Source of the DNA: Longimicrobiales bacterium
Lineage (GTDB): Bacteria; Gemmatimonadota; Gemmatimonadetes; Longimicrobiales; Gaopeijiaceae
NCBI GenBank assembly: GCA_965226375.1
Contig: CBDDCX010000005.1
Span: forward strand, 192,001 to 256,000
Direction of reading: 5' to 3'
DNA: 64,000 nt
Shown: piece by piece, positions 60,111-64,000 of the stretch
How the letters are laid out: the number at the start of each line of letters is the position of its first letter
Position numbering within the stretch: the first letter of the stretch is position 1
The notes under the pieces: generated by a model
What the model was told of the DNA's origin: nothing
Seen by the model: the letters and a program-made list of their open reading frames with translations, nothing else
Databases searched by the model: none
Position numbers and translations under genes: made by a program

Positions 60111-60662
60111 CGCGAGTCACACCTGGCCACTTTCCGTTTCGACCCGGCACGTCTGCTCTGACACCGTAGAACGCCCTAGTGTGGTGTAGCAGAAGTCATG
60201 CTGCCATTCGGACGCGTCCGCATCCCGCGACCCACTCGCTTCGCGAGCGGGTGCCCCCTGCGTTGCTTCTCCTCGAAATAGCGGTGCTATTCCTCGTCGT
60301 CGCGCCTTGATCTGCGGGCGCGGACCGCGCCCTGAACAGCGCACCTGATGGTTAACACAAGTGTGCCAGCTGATGGTTAACAGATTGGGTTACGTCCTGT
60401 GTTACCGTGGGTGTCGAAAATGACGAAGAGTTCTTCGTCAAACCACCCGAGGGTAGTGGGACCGAAGTAGACCTGCCACAGAGCGGGGCCGATGGGTTCG
60501 AGCCCGATGAACTCGTTGCCCAGAGCCGAACTGATGTTGATCCAACGCGAGTGCCAGCGGATGCCTCCGTTTGTAGAGACCTTACGGACCCCTCTCTGCC
60601 AACGTACGTGAGACACGGAGCACGCAAAGAATTAGAGTAGGGCGAAGGCAGAGAAAACGAAC

Positions 60663-61112
60663 ATGTTGGGACTGCGAGAGAGAATGGCAGAGAATGGTAG
60701 TGCCCCTGGAACCGGGGAGGCCAAGCGAAGCGCGGCAGCTCCTGCGGACCCGGAGGTAGTAGATAGGCCGCTACGGCGGCGGTTCAGTCCGTCGTACAAG
60801 CTGCGGATCGTCGAAGAAGCGGACCGGTGCACCGAGCCCGGCGAGGTGGGTCAAGTCCTGCGGCGAGAGGGCCTGTACTCGTCGCACCTGACGACGTGGC
60901 GCAAGGCGGCGCATAGCGGGTCGCTGAAGGCCCTGTCGAAGAAACGCGGCCGCAAGCCGGAGCGAAATCCGCTGGATGAGAAGGTACGCAAGCTGGAGCG
61001 GCGAAACGCACGGCTCGGGAATGAGCTCAGGAAGGCACACCTGATCATCGACGTGCAGGGAAAAGTTGCGGGGCTGCTGGGGATAAGCCTCGACGACGGG
61101 ACAAACTCTTGA
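60663..61112 (+). CDS. IS3-family transposase OrfA
   Basis: RRRFSPSYKLRIV, LRREGLYSSHLTTWR HTH, coiled coil. Confidence 0.88.
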   Translation: MLGLRERMAENGSAPGTGEAKRSAAAPADPEVVDRPLRRRFSPSYKLRIVEEADRCTEPGEVGQVLRREGLYSSHLTTWRKAAHSGSLKALSKKRGRKPERNPLDEKVRKLERRNARLGNELRKAHLIIDVQGKVAGLLGISLDDGTNS

Positions 61113-62116
61113 AGGCGGCCGATGAGCTGGCTAAGCACGTCGGTGTAAAACCGGCGTGCGCGGCCCTCGAGGTCTCCCGATCGACGTTGTACCGTCGTCG
61201 AGGCCCATCAACCGGGCAACAGCAGCCCCGCCCGACGCCCGCCCGGGCATTGAGCGAGACGGAACGAGGCGAGGTCTTCGACACGCTGTGTTCGGAGCGG
61301 TTCGTGGACCGCTCACCCGCCGAGGTGGTGGCCACGCTGCTCGACGAAGAGGTCTACCTGTGCAGCGAACGCACGATGTATCGTGTTCTGGCCTCCGAGG
61401 TGCCGGTTCAGGAACGCCGGGCGCAGCGCACCCATCCCGAGTACAAGAAGCCCGAGTTGATGGCCACGGCGCCGAACCAGGTGTGGTCCTGGGATATCAC
61501 GCGGCTGCTCGGGCCGAAGAAGTGGAGCTATTACTACCTCTACGTCATCATGGACATCTACAGCCGCTACGTCGTGGGCTGGATGGTGGCGGACCGGGAG
61601 AACTCGGCCCTGGCCGGCCGGTTGATCCAGCAGAGCTGCCTGAAGCATGGCGTCCAGCCCCGGGTCCTGACCCTGCACTCGGATCGGGGAGCTCCAATGA
61701 CGAGCCAATGCACCGCTCAACTTCTCGCTGACCTCGGCGTGACCCGCTCGTTGAGCCGGCCTCAGGTGTCGGATGACAACCCGTTTTCCGAGGCTCAGTT
61801 CAAAACCTTGAAGTACCATCCCTCGTTTCCCGGACGGTTCGGGGATCAGGGCCAAGCCAAGACGTTCTGTCGATCGTTCTTCCGCTGGTACAATGCCGAG
61901 CACCGCCATGGCGGCATCTCGATGCTAACCCCCGAGCAGGTCCACTTCGGGAACGCCGATCAGGTCATTGCCGGCAGGAAATCCGTGCTCCGCGAAGCAT
62001 GGGCCGCTCATCCCGAACGCTTCGTCAGAGGTGTGCCGAATCCCAAACCGCTCCCGGAGGCCGTCTTCATCAATCCTCCCATCCCTTCCCTCACCACACA
62101 GGACATTGCTCTCTAA
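61109..62116 (+). CDS. IS3-family transposase OrfB (DDE)
   Basis: PNQVWSWDIT, LHSDRG, DNPFSEAQFKTLK; -1 overlap with orfA. Confidence 0.92.
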   Translation: MKAADELAKHVGVKPACAALEVSRSTLYRRRGPSTGQQQPRPTPARALSETERGEVFDTLCSERFVDRSPAEVVATLLDEEVYLCSERTMYRVLASEVPVQERRAQRTHPEYKKPELMATAPNQVWSWDITRLLGPKKWSYYYLYVIMDIYSRYVVGWMVADRENSALAGRLIQQSCLKHGVQPRVLTLHSDRGAPMTSQCTAQLLADLGVTRSLSRPQVSDDNPFSEAQFKTLKYHPSFPGRFGDQGQAKTFCRSFFRWYNAEHRHGGISMLTPEQVHFGNADQVIAGRKSVLREAWAAHPERFVRGVPNPKPLPEAVFINPPIPSLTTQDIAL

Positions 62117-63283
62117 TTAATCCCGTAGAGTGTCCCATTGTCGTTGACAGGTTCCGGACCTCGAAGTGCTCAGGGTACTCGATGGGCGGAAGGACGTCGG
62201 GGTAGGCTCTAAGAGCCGATCGGTAGACGGAATGGGGAGTAGCGTCGTCGAGCGCCTCGTGGGGGCGGATGTGATTGAATGTGTGGCGGAAGTCGTTGAA
62301 GTGGCGCTGCTGGGCACTGAGGTTGGCCTTGGGCGGGCGAGTGGCTTCACGCTTGAGGGTCCTGTGCATGCGTTCGTGTCGGCCGTTCTGCTGCGGCTTA
62401 CCCGGCTCGATGGTCTCAGGACGGATACCGAGGCGGATCCACCAGGCACTCAGGCGTGTGAGGCGAGCGAGGCCGATGGAAGCGAAGGGCGTACCATTGT
62501 CGGAGCGGATGACGGCGGGCAGACCGAACTCGCGGAAAGTCCTGATGAACACAGGCTTGGCGAGCTCGATCGACGTGGAATACAGCCCTGTGCACTCGAG
62601 CAGGAACCGGCTGAAGCCGTCCTGGATCGTGAGGGGGTAGCAGTAGCGACCGTTGCGCATCTTGAACTGCCCTTTGAAGTCGACGGTCCAGACCGCATTG
62701 GGCTCATCCATCGCAGTGAGCGGCTTGCCGGGGTGGCCCGGTTTGCCGGAGCGTCTGCGCTTCTTCGTGATCAGGTCGTGACGCTCGAAGATGCGATCGA
62801 TCGTCCTGCGAGCTGGGGCCGAGCCAAACTTCTCAGCTGTGAGTTTACGGATCTTGCGTGATCCCCATCCGTAGCGCTGACGCAGGTCGACGACGTGTTC
62901 GACGATCGGCTCCTCCACGGCGTGTGGGCAGTGATGGGGTCGGCGCGATCGCTCTTGCAGTCCCTCGAATCCCTCTGCGCGGAAGCGATTCCACCAGGTG
63001 TATCCCGCGGTCCTGCTGATACCGTAGCGCCTACAGGACTCGGCGAAACTGAACGTCCGTTGTTGCACTTCGAGGATAAAGCGTACTCTTTGCTCGTACA
63101 TGGTCGACCGGTTCCAGTCCATCGGGCTCTCCTTGTTGCAGAACCCTGGTTGATAGGAACCTGTCAACCATCAGTGTAGGCCATTGTGTAAAGGATCAGG
63201 GTAGGCTGTACCGCCTCGGTGGCTACCAGACTTCTGCTACACCACCCTAGCCACCGCGATCTCGCCTCGGCTATCTTCAGTCC

Positions 63284-64000
63284 ATGAACGGCACCATTGT
63301 GGCTCCCGTGAGGTACCTCGGCCGCTGGACGTTGGGCGCCGTGCGGTCTCTTGGAAAGGCCGGGTATCTCGCTGCCGGGGCCACGCGTGCCCTGAAGAAC
63401 GTGGAAATCTGGGGGCCGCGCCTGATGCCCCAGTTGGTGGCCGTCGGCGTCGCCTCCGTCCCGATAGCCCTGTTCATCGCCACCTTCACCGGCATCGTGT
63501 TGGCGCTGCAGGCTTCGTACACGTTCACGGGCGCTGTCCCGATGTATTTCGTCGGGACGCTGGTCGGGAAGACCATGATCATGGAGTTGGGACCGGTGCT
63601 CACGGGCCTCTCTCTTGCCGGCCGGGTGGGGGCCAGCATTTCGGCGGAGATCGGTACCATGCGGGTCACGGAGCAGATCGACGCTCTGGAGACCCTGGCC
63701 TACGATCCCCTTGCCTATCTGGTCGTGCCCCGCGTGTTGGCCGGCGTCCTCATGTTTCCGATCATCGTGGTCCTCGCCTCCGCCATGGGAGTGGTTGCCG
63801 GTTGGGCGGCTTCCATGGCACTGCTGGACATGTCGAGCGCCGAGTTCCTGAAGGGGCTCAAGCTCTTTTTCGAGCCGTGGGATGTGCAGTTCGCCGCTAT
63901 CAAGAGCACCAGCTTCGGCCTCATCGTTACGGGAGTGGGATCGTTCTACGGCTTCCACACGAGGGGCGGAGCCGCCGGCGTGGGTATATCCGCTACCCGC
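63284..64000 (+). CDS. mlaE: MlaE-family ABC transporter permease (runs off the window end)
   Basis: Manual translation: ELGPVLTGLSLAGRVGASISAEIGTMRVTEQIDAL; absent from the ORF track because there is no stop in the window. Confidence 0.9.
   Translation, partial: MNGTIVAPVRYLGRWTLGAVRSLGKAGYLAAGATRALKNVEIWGPRLMPQLVAVGVASVPIALFIATFTGIVLALQASYTFTGAVPMYFVGTLVGKTMIMELGPVLTGLSLAGRVGASISAEIGTMRVTEQIDALETLAYDPLAYLVVPRVLAGVLMFPIIVVLASAMGVVAGWAASMALLDMSSAEFLKGLKLFFEPWDVQFAAIKSTSFGLIVTGVGSFYGFHTRGGAAGVGISATR

Larger units (their letters stand above)
60597..62149 (+). mobile_element. IS3-family insertion sequence
   Basis: Ends TGCCAACG..TGAGACAC..AATTAGAG and TGTCAACG..TGGGACAC..AATTAGAG; CGGACC duplicated at 60585-60590 and 62155-62160, so true ends may extend 5-6 nt further. 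Confidence 0.88.
60377..63122 (-). pseudogene. IS481-family transposase split by an IS3 insertion
   Basis: WTVDFKG, IRSDNG, QNGRHERMHRTLK; PEHFEVR joins KVSTNGGIRW in frame when 60591-62160 is removed. Confidence 0.88.
60333..63212 (-). mobile_element. IS481-family element interrupted by an IS3-family element
   Basis: Imperfect IRs of about 50 bp with repeated CTGATGGTT(A/G)ACA motifs; no clean TSD seen. Confidence 0.8.
60180..63246. mobile_element. MITE-B (about 187 bp when empty) interrupted by IS481
   Basis: TIR TGTGGTGTAGCAGAAGTC / GACTTCTGCTACACCACC (17/18); CTAG at 60176-60179 and 63247-63250; core shared with MITE-A. Confidence 0.8.

Noticed and set aside
62143..63168. 13-bp inverted match GTTGACAGGTTCC / GGAACCTGTCAAC suggesting a separate element or invertible segment
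   Set aside because: Each half is already explained as an IS3 end or an IS481 subterminal repeat; the two families have related end motifs

Overview
GC-rich bacterial chromosomal window. Gene content suggests Gemmatimonadota (inference from PadR + ADOP-type permease pairs, a VPS10/BNR protein, a HEAT-cyclophilin and a DAK2-DegV fusion). It holds about 45 housekeeping and accessory genes (thyX, rho, ada, gabD-like, aconitase X subunits, HDAC, transporters, mlaE) overlaid by heavy mobile-element activity and gene decay. Main observations: (1) an OsmC-like gene with an in-frame UGA at the catalytic Cys position followed by a SECIS-like hairpin, i.e. a probable selenoprotein that the ORF track splits; (2) CTAG-flanked miniature inverted-repeat elements whose terminal repeats differ but which share a 50-nt structured core, with element remnants stacked at TAG stop codons; (3) a three-level nest, MITE > IS481 > IS3; (4) three near-identical 1067-bp IS1595 copies, two as a tandem dimer and one in a scrambled amidohydrolase gene; (5) unusual proteins: a class C beta-lactamase-like protein with degenerate catalytic motifs, an ATPase-less PilB/GspE-receiver fusion and an orphan GroES-like protein. 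All family calls come from motif recognition by eye; no searches were run. No rRNA, tRNA or CRISPR array was seen.
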